Shown: one piece after another, positions 42,227 to 52,193 of the stretch
Layout: every line of letters begins with the position of its first letter
Position numbering within the stretch: the first letter of the stretch is position 1
From: Chamaesiphon sp.
GTDB lineage: Bacteria; Cyanobacteriota; Cyanobacteriia; Cyanobacteriales; Chamaesiphonaceae
Length of the DNA stretch: 64,000 nucleotides
Assembly (NCBI GenBank): GCA_965246715.1
Contig: CBDFFH010000015.1
Span: 128,001 to 192,000 of the forward strand
Reading direction: 5' to 3'
Made by a program: the position numbers and the translations under genes
The notes under the pieces: generated by a model
Seen by the model: the letters and a program-made list of their open reading frames with translations, nothing else
What the model was told of the DNA's origin: nothing
Databases searched by the model: none

Positions 42227-42559
42227 ATGGCTAAGATCTGTGGTCTGGCGCTAATCGTAGTAAGTATCTATTTTCTAGGACAAGATATCGAGTTTACGAC
42301 CCACTATTACTATAACTGGTGGCAAAAAGTTCCGGCGGCAGGTTCGGTAATATCATTGCTGCTGGGAATTGCCTCGCTAACACTGTGGCGACAGGCGATG
42401 GGGAACTTTGGGTGGATTTTTATCGCCATCGGGATTATCCTAGTTTTCTTGAGTGCGGGAGTTATCTTACAACCGACGAGCTTGTGGAAATTTTTTGTCA
42501 CGATGTTGGCGTTCGCCAGTGGATACCAATTGCTAACTAGCGGTAGAATTAGATTTTAA
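42227..42559 (+). CDS. Hypothetical membrane protein
   Basis: 110 aa, about four TM segments, GGAG RBS. Confidence 0.75.
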   Translation: MAKICGLALIVVSIYFLGQDIEFTTHYYYNWWQKVPAAGSVISLLLGIASLTLWRQAMGNFGWIFIAIGIILVFLSAGVILQPTSLWKFFVTMLAFASGYQLLTSGRIRF

Positions 42560-42591
42560 GTATTTTGAGGTTTGCAAGCTGGGTAGCAGTG

Positions 42592-43479
42592 ATGAAAAAA
42601 CAAATTTACCTCTGCCTATGGATATCGATCGGGTTACTAACTGCTTGTAGGACGAGTCAGCCACCTAAGACTCCAGTTATGCCGACCGCTCCTACCCCTA
42701 CTCCGCTTGTCGTCGTTCCGACTAGTCCATCCCCAGTCCCGATCGTTTCACCATCACCAGTGGTACCCTCTCCCGTACCTGTAAAAATCCCCCCCGTCCA
42801 ACCGACACCCAAAGCATCACCATTTACAGTGACAGCTTTACCAAAATCGATTTACCCGACCCCTACTCCCGTCGCAATTCCGCTACCCGCAGCACCAGCT
42901 AAAACTAAAGCAAATCCCAAACCCGAACCGCTGACAAAATCGATCGATCCCGCCCAGCAGATTACAACGAATGGCATCGGTAATGCCAAAATCGGCATGA
43001 CATTTAAACAACTCAAGCAGCAGATGGGCACAGGGTTTGAGTTTCCCATTAAAACTAGCTTTATCGAAGGCTTCGACGCGATCGCCGTTACCAAAGCTGG
43101 TACCGTACAGTATTATATTCCTTATCCCGCTGGGACTAATTTTACCGACGCAGATCGGATCGAACACTTGACCACCGATAATCCTAACTATCGTACCGAA
43201 CAAGGTGTTGGGCCGGGCACCTCGATCGCCAGAGCAGCCTCTGTTTATGGCAATGCAACGCTATCGATGAGTAAAGAAAACGAGTCGCGCGAGTTTATTA
43301 GCTTCACCCAGCATCCTAATGGTTTGGCATTTCGTCCCAAACCAGCCAAAACCCGTTCCTTTGCGGGTGACTATCCCGAAAGTAACGACGAGTATCTCAA
43401 AACTCAAAAGTACGACACCAAAGCCGCGATCGGTCAAATAACTGTCTCCTGTGCTGAAGACCAGTGTAATCAGGAATAG
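42592..43479 (+). CDS. Proline-rich lipoprotein
   Basis: LTAC lipobox, Pro/Thr-rich linker, globular C-terminal domain. Confidence 0.75.
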   Translation: MKKQIYLCLWISIGLLTACRTSQPPKTPVMPTAPTPTPLVVVPTSPSPVPIVSPSPVVPSPVPVKIPPVQPTPKASPFTVTALPKSIYPTPTPVAIPLPAAPAKTKANPKPEPLTKSIDPAQQITTNGIGNAKIGMTFKQLKQQMGTGFEFPIKTSFIEGFDAIAVTKAGTVQYYIPYPAGTNFTDADRIEHLTTDNPNYRTEQGVGPGTSIARAASVYGNATLSMSKENESREFISFTQHPNGLAFRPKPAKTRSFAGDYPESNDEYLKTQKYDTKAAIGQITVSCAEDQCNQE

Positions 43480-43633
43480 AGATTTTGAATTTTGAATTTT
43501 GGATTTTGCGACTCGCGCCCGTGGGGTTTCCCGAGGTGAAAAGCGAGTCAAGACAGGATTTTGGATTGTCCCCATAATTTATCTATTCTCACTCCCCCAT
43601 TCCCCTACGGTGGTACAGTCCACTCCCCTAAGT

Positions 43634-44230
43634 ATGTCTCCTCTCCGCGTTGGTATTGCTGGCCCTGTTGGTTCTGGTAAAACTGCCTTGCTCGATGGAT
43701 TGTGCAAGCAATTGCGCGATCGTTATCAGTTGGCGGTAGTCACCAATGATATCTACACTCAAGAAGATGCTCAATTTCTGGTCAGAAGTCAGGCATTAGC
43801 GTCGGAGCGAATCGTGGGAGTCGAGACGGGTGGCTGTCCGCATACGGCGATTCGCGAAGATGCCTCGATGAATATTGCCGCGATCGAAAGATTGGAAAGT
43901 CAATTTAGCGATTTAGATATCGTCTTTCTCGAAAGCGGTGGCGATAATCTCGCAGCTACTTTCAGTCCCGAACTAGTAGATTTGACGATCTACACGATCG
44001 ATGTTGCAGGTGGCGATAAAATTCCCCGTAAGGGTGGCCCAGGCATCGTCAAGTCAGATTTATTAGTAATTAACAAGATCGACCTTGCGCCGTATGTCGG
44101 AGCCGATCTTGGCATCATGGAACGCGATACGATAAAAATGCGCGGTGACAAACCGTTTATTTTTACCAACTTAAAAACTGGTATCGGTTTAGCTGAAGTT
44201 GTCAAATTTGTCAGTAATAATTTAACGTGA
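43634..44230 (+). CDS. ureG: Urease accessory GTPase UreG
   Basis: [33 protein letters not shown]. Confidence 0.95.
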   Translation: MSPLRVGIAGPVGSGKTALLDGLCKQLRDRYQLAVVTNDIYTQEDAQFLVRSQALASERIVGVETGGCPHTAIREDASMNIAAIERLESQFSDLDIVFLESGGDNLAATFSPELVDLTIYTIDVAGGDKIPRKGGPGIVKSDLLVINKIDLAPYVGADLGIMERDTIKMRGDKPFIFTNLKTGIGLAEVVKFVSNNLT

Positions 44231-44397
44231 GATCGGGTTAAGGATATTTGCTTCGATTGAGTCCCGCCACCGATTGAAATCGGGGCTAGCACTGCAAAGT
44301 CCGCCTTCGCGGACTAATATCCTAGTCCGCGAAGGCGGACTTTGCATCACAAGTCGAGACTTCCAGTCTCTATGCTCTTCTTAACCCGAACTCACGT
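44225..44397. mobile_element. MITE (ACGTGAG-TCGGGTTAAG ends) with 7-bp target duplication
   Basis: TAATTTA at 44218-44224 and 44398-44404; terminal IRs; internal hairpin aaagtccgccttcgcggacta/tagtccgcgaaggcggacttt. Confidence 0.8.
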
Positions 44398-44426
44398 TAA
44401 TTTAGTTTGATATTTTTTATCTGGCG

Positions 44427-45041
44427 ATGCTCCTGACTCATTATTACGATCGAGCTGCGCGACCTTTGCAAACCTTATCAGCACTAAGCGATCGTGCAGC
44501 GTTAGATCTAATTTACAGTCTTAAAGATCGAACTGGAGCGGTCTATCACCGATTTAAACATCCAGAAAGTTATCTAAAATTGCGCCGCGAGACCGAGCGC
44601 TGGTTGAGAGCCGAATTTATTCGCAAAGGCGGTAAACCAGCTTCGGCTTACCCACATTACTTCGTTGTCGATCGATCGATTTGGATTGAAGAAGGCTATA
44701 ACGGATGTAGCAATAAGCTCCAAATTCCCATTACAGATTTCGATCCCGATCTGGTGAGCTTTACCTATCCCGATAGCATGGTGAGTTATTGGTTGCGAAG
44801 TCAGATCGATCGAGATTATTATCAGCCTGAATATCATGGTCGAGTATTTACTCTAGCTAAAATTCCGGGCATTATCGATCGATTTGGGATCCCAGTCCGA
44901 GAATGGCAAACTGATGCCGATCGAAAATACGATCTATTTATTGAAGCTCAATTCTGCCATACTCTCATCCTGAACCAGTTTGAAGATACTAGTGCTAACC
45001 GTATATCCAGGGTACCCACAAGGGGCACCCCTACAGGTTAA
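44427..45041 (+). CDS. Hypothetical protein
   Basis: 204-aa ORF (SFTYPDSM motif); C-terminus runs into a palindromic repeat. Confidence 0.65.
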   Translation: MLLTHYYDRAARPLQTLSALSDRAALDLIYSLKDRTGAVYHRFKHPESYLKLRRETERWLRAEFIRKGGKPASAYPHYFVVDRSIWIEEGYNGCSNKLQIPITDFDPDLVSFTYPDSMVSYWLRSQIDRDYYQPEYHGRVFTLAKIPGIIDRFGIPVREWQTDADRKYDLFIEAQFCHTLILNQFEDTSANRISRVPTRGTPTG

Positions 45042-45071
45042 TTGTGTAGGGGTGCCCCTTGTGGGTACCCT
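45009..45071. repeat. REP-like 27-bp perfect inverted repeat; related copy at about 60204-60260
   Basis: agggtacccacaaggggcacccctaca-N9-tgtaggggtgccccttgtgggtaccct. Confidence 0.8.
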
Positions 45072-45198
45072 CAGATCTCTGCTTTTACTAGTCTTTGATG
45101 TATTGGTGCAAGATATGAGGATATTGATTTTCATTCCGAACAGCTTTGCAAACAATCTTAGTTCGATCTCCCAATTGTTTCCTGTTCTCGATCTTTTT

Positions 45199-45981
45199 CT
45201 AGCGGACATATTGCTGTCGGCGAACTTCATATAACATTAACGCCGCCGCAGTTGCAACATTTAATGATTCTACAGCTGCTGACATCGGAATCTTAACTTG
45301 CAGATCGGCTAGTGCTGCCAACTCATCACTCAATCCCGCGCCTTCATTTCCGAGTAAAATTAGTGTCGGCGATCGCAAATCCACATCCCAATAGCTAGTT
45401 TCAGTATACGAAGTGGTGGCAACTACTTGTACCCCCTGTTGTTTGTAACCAGCAACTAATTCTACGAGATTATCGCTGACGCCCATCGCCAAGCGAAACC
45501 ATTGTCCTGCGGAGGCGCGCAGTACCTTGGGATTGTCTAAATCGACGCTATCCTGACTCACCCACAAACCATCGGCACCAGCAGCCGCTGCGGTACGAAT
45601 CATCGTCCCTAAATTACCTGGATCTTGAATGGTAGCTAGGGCGATGGTTAAATTTGCGGGAATGGGGGGTTTTGGTAATGCCAACCGTGGCGCGATCGCG
45701 ATAACTCCATCTGGAGTTACAGTAGTAGCGATCGCTTTCATCACTTCATCGCTGACTAGTTCGACTCGATCGGATCTTTCAACGGCGATCGACCATAATT
45801 CAGGATGGTGTGCTTGCCAATGCTCGGTATAGCATAGCGTTGTCAGCGGATATTTGACCGCAACAGCTTCCTGGATCGGATGTGTCCCCTCAACCAAAAA
45901 TAACTGCGCTTCCCGCCGCTCTTTCGCACTTTGCAGCTTTCTAATTTGCTTGACGAGCGGGTTTTGAGTACTAGTTAACAT
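45199..45981 (-). CDS. TrmH/SpoU family RNA methyltransferase
   Basis: IQDPGNLGTMIRTA, LGNEGAGL, IPM...ESLNVATAAA. Confidence 0.92.
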   Translation of the reverse strand: MLTSTQNPLVKQIRKLQSAKERREAQLFLVEGTHPIQEAVAVKYPLTTLCYTEHWQAHHPELWSIAVERSDRVELVSDEVMKAIATTVTPDGVIAIAPRLALPKPPIPANLTIALATIQDPGNLGTMIRTAAAAGADGLWVSQDSVDLDNPKVLRASAGQWFRLAMGVSDNLVELVAGYKQQGVQVVATTSYTETSYWDVDLRSPTLILLGNEGAGLSDELAALADLQVKIPMSAAVESLNVATAAALMLYEVRRQQYVR

Positions 45982-45987
45982 TATTTA

Positions 45988-46211
45988 GCGTCAGCTCAGG
46001 ATAAGAAGAGCCTGGAGACTGGAAGTCTCGGCTCATAAGGCAAAGTCCGCCTACTCGGACTAAGAAGATAGTCCGCATAGGCGGACTTTGTAACGCTAGC
46101 CCCGATTTGCGAAAAGTGCGGTCTTGGGGTTTCCCCAAGTAGAGCACCTTTTCAAGACATAATCGGTGGTGGTACTAAAACGAAGCGAATAGCCTTAGCC
46201 CGAACTTAGAT
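45988..46211. mobile_element. Degenerate inverted copy of the 44225-44397 MITE with a nested 51-bp insertion
   Basis: Reverse-complement similarity throughout (gagactggaagtctcg, caaagtccgcc, gctagccccgattt); flanked by TATTTA direct repeats. Confidence 0.75.
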
Positions 46212-46320
46212 TATTTAGCGATCGATGTGGTGGAGCATTCTCCACCCTACTATGTAAAACGGTAAGTATTTACCAGCTTCTAACTAATAAGTACTTACCG
46301 CTCTATTGTTGTCGAATATA

Positions 46321-46404
46321 TGCGCGACCCGAGACTCGAACTCGGAAGTCCTTGCGAACACTAGAACCTGAATCTAGCGCGTCTACCAATTCCGCCAGTC
46401 ACGC
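46321..46404 (-). tRNA. trnL: tRNA-Leu (CAG)
   Basis: GCGTGACTGGCGGAATTGGTAGACGCGCTAGATT-CAG-GTTCTAG...GTTCGAGTC..CGCGCA; long variable arm. Confidence 0.95.
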
Positions 46405-46569
46405 AAAACACTTGGTTTTTCAACCAGCTCCATATTATCGAATATTTAACTGGTATTTGTCAAGTATTTCAGTAAGTGCAAGCAGAAAATGTATCGCTCA
46501 ATCCCCTCTTAACCTCAAGATAAACCGGACATTAACTGAATCTTTTATCATCCGATCGATGTTGAGGAT

Positions 46570-47097
46570 TTGCTTGTGGAAATCATTACAGCAATTATTG
46601 CAGCTTGGCTTTTACTCCTGCTGGGAGATTTCTTCTCTACGTTTTTCTACCATGTACCCGAGCATGTATTTGGTAAATTTCATTCGATCGTCCATCATGG
46701 TAAAAATCGGAGTTTCTTTCATTACGCCGTTTTGACCAGAAATCCCCTAGTATTTCTCGATGGGATGCTCGGTGCGATCCCCTATTTTATCTTTGTGCCG
46801 TGGCTATGGCAATTGTCTCCAGTTGGCACCCTGATTGGATTGGCATTTGGCGAGTTTCATGTAGTATGGCGACATGTTTCGATTCTCAAATGGAAGACAC
46901 CCAAACCGATCGAACTTCTGTGCAATTTATTGTTTATCACGACACCCGAACGGCATTGGCAACATCACCGTAACGCTTTTGCTGCCTATGGTGATATTTT
47001 CACTTTCTTCGATCCGCCAGCTCAAAAATGGTTGATTTTTCTCCGCTTTGTTCGGCGCAGATTCAAGCAAGTGGCTCCAACAGTTGCCGTTGAATGA
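46570..47097 (+). CDS. Fatty acid hydroxylase/sterol desaturase family protein
   Basis: His boxes HVPEH, HSIVHH, HVVWRH, HWQHH. Confidence 0.75.
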   Translation: MLVEIITAIIAAWLLLLLGDFFSTFFYHVPEHVFGKFHSIVHHGKNRSFFHYAVLTRNPLVFLDGMLGAIPYFIFVPWLWQLSPVGTLIGLAFGEFHVVWRHVSILKWKTPKPIELLCNLLFITTPERHWQHHRNAFAAYGDIFTFFDPPAQKWLIFLRFVRRRFKQVAPTVAVE

Positions 47098-47266
47098 TAC
47101 TTCATTACTTCCTGTAAATAAGCCTCAAGCCAGACTGCTTGAGGCTTATTTATCGGCTTGTAAGCGCAGCATTATCGATGAGCGGTTGTCGATGTTGGAG
47201 CTTGTCTGGAAGAGCATCAGCCAAATGTACTATAATCTCTGATATAAATTACACAACATAGACGGG

Positions 47267-47677
47267 ATGTCATCTACCAATCGATCGATGTTAGTCGAAT
47301 TAGATCTGCCGATCCGGACTTATGATATCGATTTTGCTGGGATTGTTAGCAATATTGTTTACGTTCGCTGGTTGGAAGATCTGCGGTTGACAATGTTAGC
47401 GCAATACTACATGCCACTGCCAGCGCTAATTTTAACTGGCGTTGCGCCAATTTTAACTAACACCGAGATTAATTATCAACGGCAATTGACCATCCACGAC
47501 CTCGCATTTGGGCGCATGTGGGTCGAGGAATTGGGGACGCTCCGATGTATCTTAGCTGGCGAAATCCTTAACGGGGAACATTCTGCCGCTCAAGCCAAAC
47601 AAACGGTATTATTTATCAATCTCACTACCCGTCGTCCAGTGAGAATTCCACCAGATTTTATCGCCAGTCTTCAGTGA
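47267..47677 (+). CDS. Acyl-CoA thioesterase (4HBT/YbgC family)
   Basis: RTYDIDFAGIVSNIVYVRWLE hot-dog fold motif. Confidence 0.88.
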   Translation: MSSTNRSMLVELDLPIRTYDIDFAGIVSNIVYVRWLEDLRLTMLAQYYMPLPALILTGVAPILTNTEINYQRQLTIHDLAFGRMWVEELGTLRCILAGEILNGEHSAAQAKQTVLFINLTTRRPVRIPPDFIASLQ

Positions 47678-47690
47678 TAGGAGCGCATTA

Positions 47691-48446
47691 ATGTCAACTA
47701 ATATCCGTTTGATTACGATCCCTGTCAGTCACTATTCTGAAAAAGTCCGGTGGGCACTGGAGTACTTGCAAATTCCATTTCGAGAATTTTCGCACATGCC
47801 GCCGTTTCATCGGAATGCTACTAAAAAATATGGCGGAACGAGTGTGCCCGTTCTCGTTACGAATACACAAGCGATCTGTGATTCGACCGAGATATTACGA
47901 TATTTAGATACGCTCCAACCTGGAAAATTGTATCCTGACGAGCCAGAATTACAGGAACTCAGCACAGAGCTAGAAACTTTGTTTAACAATACTCTGGGCG
48001 TAAATACTCGGCGCTGGGGTTATTCTTATATTCTCACGCCGCAGACGATCTATCCAAAGTGGACTCAAGGTGTGCCGCTCTGGGAAAAATTATTATTTCC
48101 GATTATATTTCCCAAAGTAAAATCGATCGTGCTAGATAGTCTGAATATTGCGGAAACATCAGCGATCGAATCATCTCGAGAAATCGATCGGGTATTCGAT
48201 CGAGTTAATGAAATTTTAGCCGATGGTCGGCAGTATTTATTAGGCGATCAATTTTCGGCGATCGACCTGACCTTTGCCGCACTAGCCGCACCGATCCTTC
48301 AACCGCCAGAACATCACATCCCACCTTCACCCATACAGACATTGCCAACTCAGATGCAAGCTGATATTCGCAATTGTCAGGCGACTCCTGCGGGTGAATT
48401 TGGATTACGCTTATATCGAGAACATCGTCGTCGATCGATCCGATAG
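47691..48446 (+). CDS. Glutathione S-transferase family protein
   Basis: SHYSEKVRWAL, VPVL...DSTEIL, YLLGDQFSAIDL. Confidence 0.88.
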   Translation: MSTNIRLITIPVSHYSEKVRWALEYLQIPFREFSHMPPFHRNATKKYGGTSVPVLVTNTQAICDSTEILRYLDTLQPGKLYPDEPELQELSTELETLFNNTLGVNTRRWGYSYILTPQTIYPKWTQGVPLWEKLLFPIIFPKVKSIVLDSLNIAETSAIESSREIDRVFDRVNEILADGRQYLLGDQFSAIDLTFAALAAPILQPPEHHIPPSPIQTLPTQMQADIRNCQATPAGEFGLRLYREHRRRSIR

Positions 48447-48520
48447 ATTCTGTCCATTAAGATCATCTGCGGAAATTTATTGTCAGGGTAACCACAAAGA
48501 TTACCCCGACAACGATCTAG

Positions 48521-48979
48521 TTAGAATCGCAGACCTAATCCGCCACCGACGGTAGTGGAATAGTTAGTACTATCGAACGGAATACTCACAGAACCTTTTA
48601 AAACAACACTATCGGACAAGTTATAATCTGCGCCCGCGATCGCATAACCAGTAGCATTGTTATTACCATTATTATTGCTGACATCAAAGTTGACACCCGC
48701 ACCAACGTAGGGAGTTAAGTCTCGATTGGAGCCAGTTAAGTTGAAGTCATAAGTAGCAGCTGCACCAACGGATGTGCGGCGATCTTGAAAATAAATATTC
48801 GGACGCACTGATAAGTTGTTGGCAATCCCAAACCGAGAATTTACACCATAAGCAGTACCGCCATTATTGCCAAAGATAACTGATGGGCCGATATCATTTT
48901 GGCCGATTTCTGCTTGGGCTGGTTTGACGATCGCAAGGGTAGCAGTCAACGCAGCAATTACGAGGAGTAGTTTTTTCAC
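48521..48979 (-). CDS. Outer membrane beta-barrel protein
   Basis: Signal peptide AQA; amphipathic strands, PYVGAG, terminal GLRF. Confidence 0.8.
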   Translation of the reverse strand: MKKLLLVIAALTATLAIVKPAQAEIGQNDIGPSVIFGNNGGTAYGVNSRFGIANNLSVRPNIYFQDRRTSVGAAATYDFNLTGSNRDLTPYVGAGVNFDVSNNNGNNNATGYAIAGADYNLSDSVVLKGSVSIPFDSTNYSTTVGGGLGLRF

Positions 48980-49361
48980 GATCTTATTTTTTTGGGTGAT
49001 TGTAGATTACAAGTAGAAAATAACAACTGAGTTTTCGATCGGTTAGACAATGCGAATGGTTAGCTTTTGGTTATTTCCTACCTTGCTTACTAGCATACTA
49101 GAGCTAATAAAAAGTAGCCTCTAGCTGAGGTCACAACTATTCTGAAACCCAAGCATGACTTTAGTGATACGACCTAACTACCTTCCCTATCTAACCGCCT
49201 AGTTAGGACTGTTACTAAAGTCATCAAGCATCAAAAATAAATATAACTTGTGATAGAAGCTAATTTTTAATATTAGCGATAAAGTCGAGTTAATAGCATT
49301 TAATTTACTCGTTATAGATACCACCTTTTCTATAAGTTAACCTTCAAATAACCACTCGAAC

Positions 49362-49637
49362 ATGTTGAAATTATCTTCAGTTATCGTGGGTCTTGTTGCA
49401 GCCGTGGCAATCGCTCAACCTTCGCTAGCGCTAAGTGCTGCGAGTACTACCGCTAATCCAGTTGCCGCGACGACACCTAGTAGCGATCTCCAAGCCCAAG
49501 TCATCTTCAAAATCGGTACGCCCGAGTATCGGCGTGAAAACATCCGTCGCCGCGAACGCGAACGCGAACGGATTCGGCGACAAGAAGAACGCCGTGCAGC
49601 CCGCCGCGAGTACAACCGCAATTATCGACGGTACTAA
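49362..49637 (+). CDS. Small secreted protein with Arg/Glu-rich tail
   Basis: Signal peptide, Ala/Thr linker, RRERERERIRR tail. Confidence 0.65.
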   Translation: MLKLSSVIVGLVAAVAIAQPSLALSAASTTANPVAATTPSSDLQAQVIFKIGTPEYRRENIRRRERERERIRRQEERRAARREYNRNYRRY

Positions 49638-49683
49638 GCTGCGCTAATTTCTCGCTGGTTAAACCTTGCTGAATTAATGTATG

Positions 49684-49729
49684 AAAACATCGGTAGGGGC
49701 AATTCATGAATTGCCCCTACCGATGTTTT
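49684..49729. repeat. Perfect 46-bp palindrome (REP-like, probable bidirectional terminator)
   Basis: aaaacatcggtaggggcaattca|tgaattgcccctaccgatgtttt between convergent genes. Confidence 0.75.
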
Positions 49730-49796
49730 TAGCGTTGCTGAAAATTAGATCGATTGCCTGGTGAAATCCTTACAGAAGGCGATCGACTCAGATCGC

Positions 49797-50801
49797 CTAG
49801 AATTGACGCATGAAGCGGAGATCGCTGGCGTAGAGTCTGCGGATATCGTCGATTTGGTGTAATACCAATGCGAGGCGTTCTACCCCTAATCCAGCCGCAA
49901 ATCCACTATAGACTTCCGGATCGTGACCGACTTTGGTCAGGACATTGGGATCGACCATCCCACAACCCATAATTTCCAGCCAACGACCTTGCCATTGCAC
50001 GTCTACTTCTGCCGAAGGTTCGGTGAAGGGGAAATAACTCGCACGGAAGCGAATCGGTAATTCCATCCCAAACGCCTGGGTCAAAAATTCTTTGATCGTC
50101 CCTTTGAGATCGGTAAAAGTCAGATCGCGATCGATCGCCAAGATTTCAAATTGATGGAATACTGCCGAGTGCGTTGCATCCACCGTATCTCGCCGATAAC
50201 AGCGTCCTGGCGAAATAATCCGAATTGGCGGTTCGTTTTCTTCCATGTAATGGATTTGGACTGAGGAGGTATGCGTGCGGAGCAGATTGCCATCGGGTAG
50301 ATAAAATGTATCTTGCATGTCCCGCGCTGGGTGATCCGGTGGGGTATTGAGCGCTTCAAAGTTATAGTAATCCGTCTCCATTTCTGGCCCGGTTGCGACG
50401 GTATAACCCATCCCCACAAAGATATCGATCGCCCGATCGATCGTCGCATTAATCGGATGTACCCGCCCAACGGGACGATATACTCCTGGCATCGTCACAT
50501 CGAGCGTCTCTGCTGCTAATTGTGCCTGAATTTGGGCGGCTTGAAGGTCGGCTTTGGCCCGATCGAGTCGTTCTTGAATCGCATCTTTGACGACATTTGC
50601 CGCTGCGCCAATCGCCGGACGATCCTCTGCGGCTAATTGTCCCATCCCACGCAAAATGACGGACAGTTCGCCCTTTTTACCGAGATAATTTAATCGTAGT
50701 TGTTCTAATGCTTCTAGCGTCTGTGTTTGTGCGATCGAGTCGAGTGCTGTCGCCTGTAGTGTTGCTAGTTGTTGTTCGAGATCGCTAAGAAGTATCGCCA
50801 T
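49797..50801 (-). CDS. pheS: Phenylalanine--tRNA ligase alpha subunit
   Basis: [36 protein letters not shown]. Confidence 0.97.
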   Translation of the reverse strand: MAILLSDLEQQLATLQATALDSIAQTQTLEALEQLRLNYLGKKGELSVILRGMGQLAAEDRPAIGAAANVVKDAIQERLDRAKADLQAAQIQAQLAAETLDVTMPGVYRPVGRVHPINATIDRAIDIFVGMGYTVATGPEMETDYYNFEALNTPPDHPARDMQDTFYLPDGNLLRTHTSSVQIHYMEENEPPIRIISPGRCYRRDTVDATHSAVFHQFEILAIDRDLTFTDLKGTIKEFLTQAFGMELPIRFRASYFPFTEPSAEVDVQWQGRWLEIMGCGMVDPNVLTKVGHDPEVYSGFAAGLGVERLALVLHQIDDIRRLYASDLRFMRQF

Positions 50802-51288
50802 ACCGGATTTTTACAGTTAACAGTTCGCAGTTACTCAGTTACCAAGTTTTGGCGGTAACTGTTCGCCAACCTAGATCTTAACCGATAATCGCAGTCTACC
50901 CACTGTTGCATGAGTCTCGATCGACTGGTTAGCTCAGAAGCCAATCGTCAATTTTTAGATTTAAGTTACAAAGTATCCCGATCTACCTAAATGGCTAGTG
51001 AATATCTAAATAATCGCGATCGTCGCCAGTATTCCTAGATATTTATACTTATGGTTAGCACCGCTCCACCACAACCTAAAAAAACATTTAAATCTAACAT
51101 CACTACCAGACAACTGGTTGAGATTTGGTCGAGCCTGCCAAATGACTCCACTGAATCAAATTTAGGTCATGCCTTAGTATCTAAAATATTCGGGCATTTA
51201 GGCTACGGTCACGATCGAGTTAAAATCTCACCTAATATTGCTACTGGTGCTGCGCTAATGCCAGATTATTTAATTTATAACGATCTAA

Positions 51289-52193
51289 GAGGATGTTTGA
51301 AAAGTCAGTTGGTAAAAAAGCTCACTCGGTATAGACTACAGATAGATAATGAGTAGTGCTAAGTGAGCAGAATGAGTAAAGCATATCCTAGTAACCTGAC
51401 CACAGACCAATTTGAATTAATTAGTGGGATGATTCCAGCACCAAAGCCAGGTGGTCGTCCACGAGAGGTGGAGATCGCAGAGGTAATCAACGCAATCTTC
51501 TATCTACTGTGTGAAGGATGTCGTTGGCGAGCGTTACCAGGAGATTTCCCAGCATGGCAGACGGTATATACTTATTTTCGAGACTGGCGCAAGGATGGAA
51601 CATGGGTCAAAATCCACGATCGGTTGAGAGCATGGGTAAGAATAGAACAAGAGCGTCAACCCAGCCCATCAGAGGCTGCAATCGATAGCCAAAGTGTCAA
51701 AAGTGCCGCAATGGTCAGTGAGGCAGTTGGTTATGATGCAGGTAAGCAAATCAAGGGCAGAAAGCGGTTTGTGACAGTAGACACACTCGGCTTAGTCTTA
51801 CGGGTATGGGTGACAGCAGCCAATATCACTGAACGAGATGGTGGCATCCAAGTGTTGAAAAAAGTCAAACAAATGGGTCAATCGGTATCTCGACTGCATA
51901 CAATTTGGGTGGATGGTGGTTTTAGTGGTGAGAATTTTCTGCACTTGGTAATGGATGTCTGTCATTGGCTGGTGCAGGTCGTGCTGCGACCAAAAGAACA
52001 TAAAGGATTTGTGCTATTACCTAAGCGTTGGGTTGTCGAACGTACCTTTGGTTGGTTAATGAACTGTCGGCGATTGACCAGAGATTATGAGAAACTACCT
52101 GAAACATCCGAGACATTTATTTATCTGGTGATGATCCGTATAATGGTGCGGCGTTTAGCATAAAATTTGACCAGAAACTTTTCAAACATCCTC
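51289..52193 (+). mobile_element. IS5-family (IS1031-like) insertion sequence, complete
   Basis: 17-bp perfect IRs GAGGATGTTTGAAAAGT; TAA target duplication at 51286-51288 and 52194-52196. Confidence 0.95.
51372..52163 (+). CDS. IS5 family transposase
   Basis: YPSNLT, GCRWRALPGDFP, IDSQSVK, GYDAGK..KGRKR, KRWVVERTFGW, RRLTRDYE. Confidence 0.95.
   Translation: MSKAYPSNLTTDQFELISGMIPAPKPGGRPREVEIAEVINAIFYLLCEGCRWRALPGDFPAWQTVYTYFRDWRKDGTWVKIHDRLRAWVRIEQERQPSPSEAAIDSQSVKSAAMVSEAVGYDAGKQIKGRKRFVTVDTLGLVLRVWVTAANITERDGGIQVLKKVKQMGQSVSRLHTIWVDGGFSGENFLHLVMDVCHWLVQVVLRPKEHKGFVLLPKRWVVERTFGWLMNCRRLTRDYEKLPETSETFIYLVMIRIMVRRLA

Noticed and set aside
46321..46404. tRNA-Leu as an island attachment site
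   Set aside because: I found no duplicated tRNA 3' end and no integrase in the window
46352..46735. 127-aa ORF
   Set aside because: Overlaps the tRNA-Leu antisense and the real desaturase-family gene
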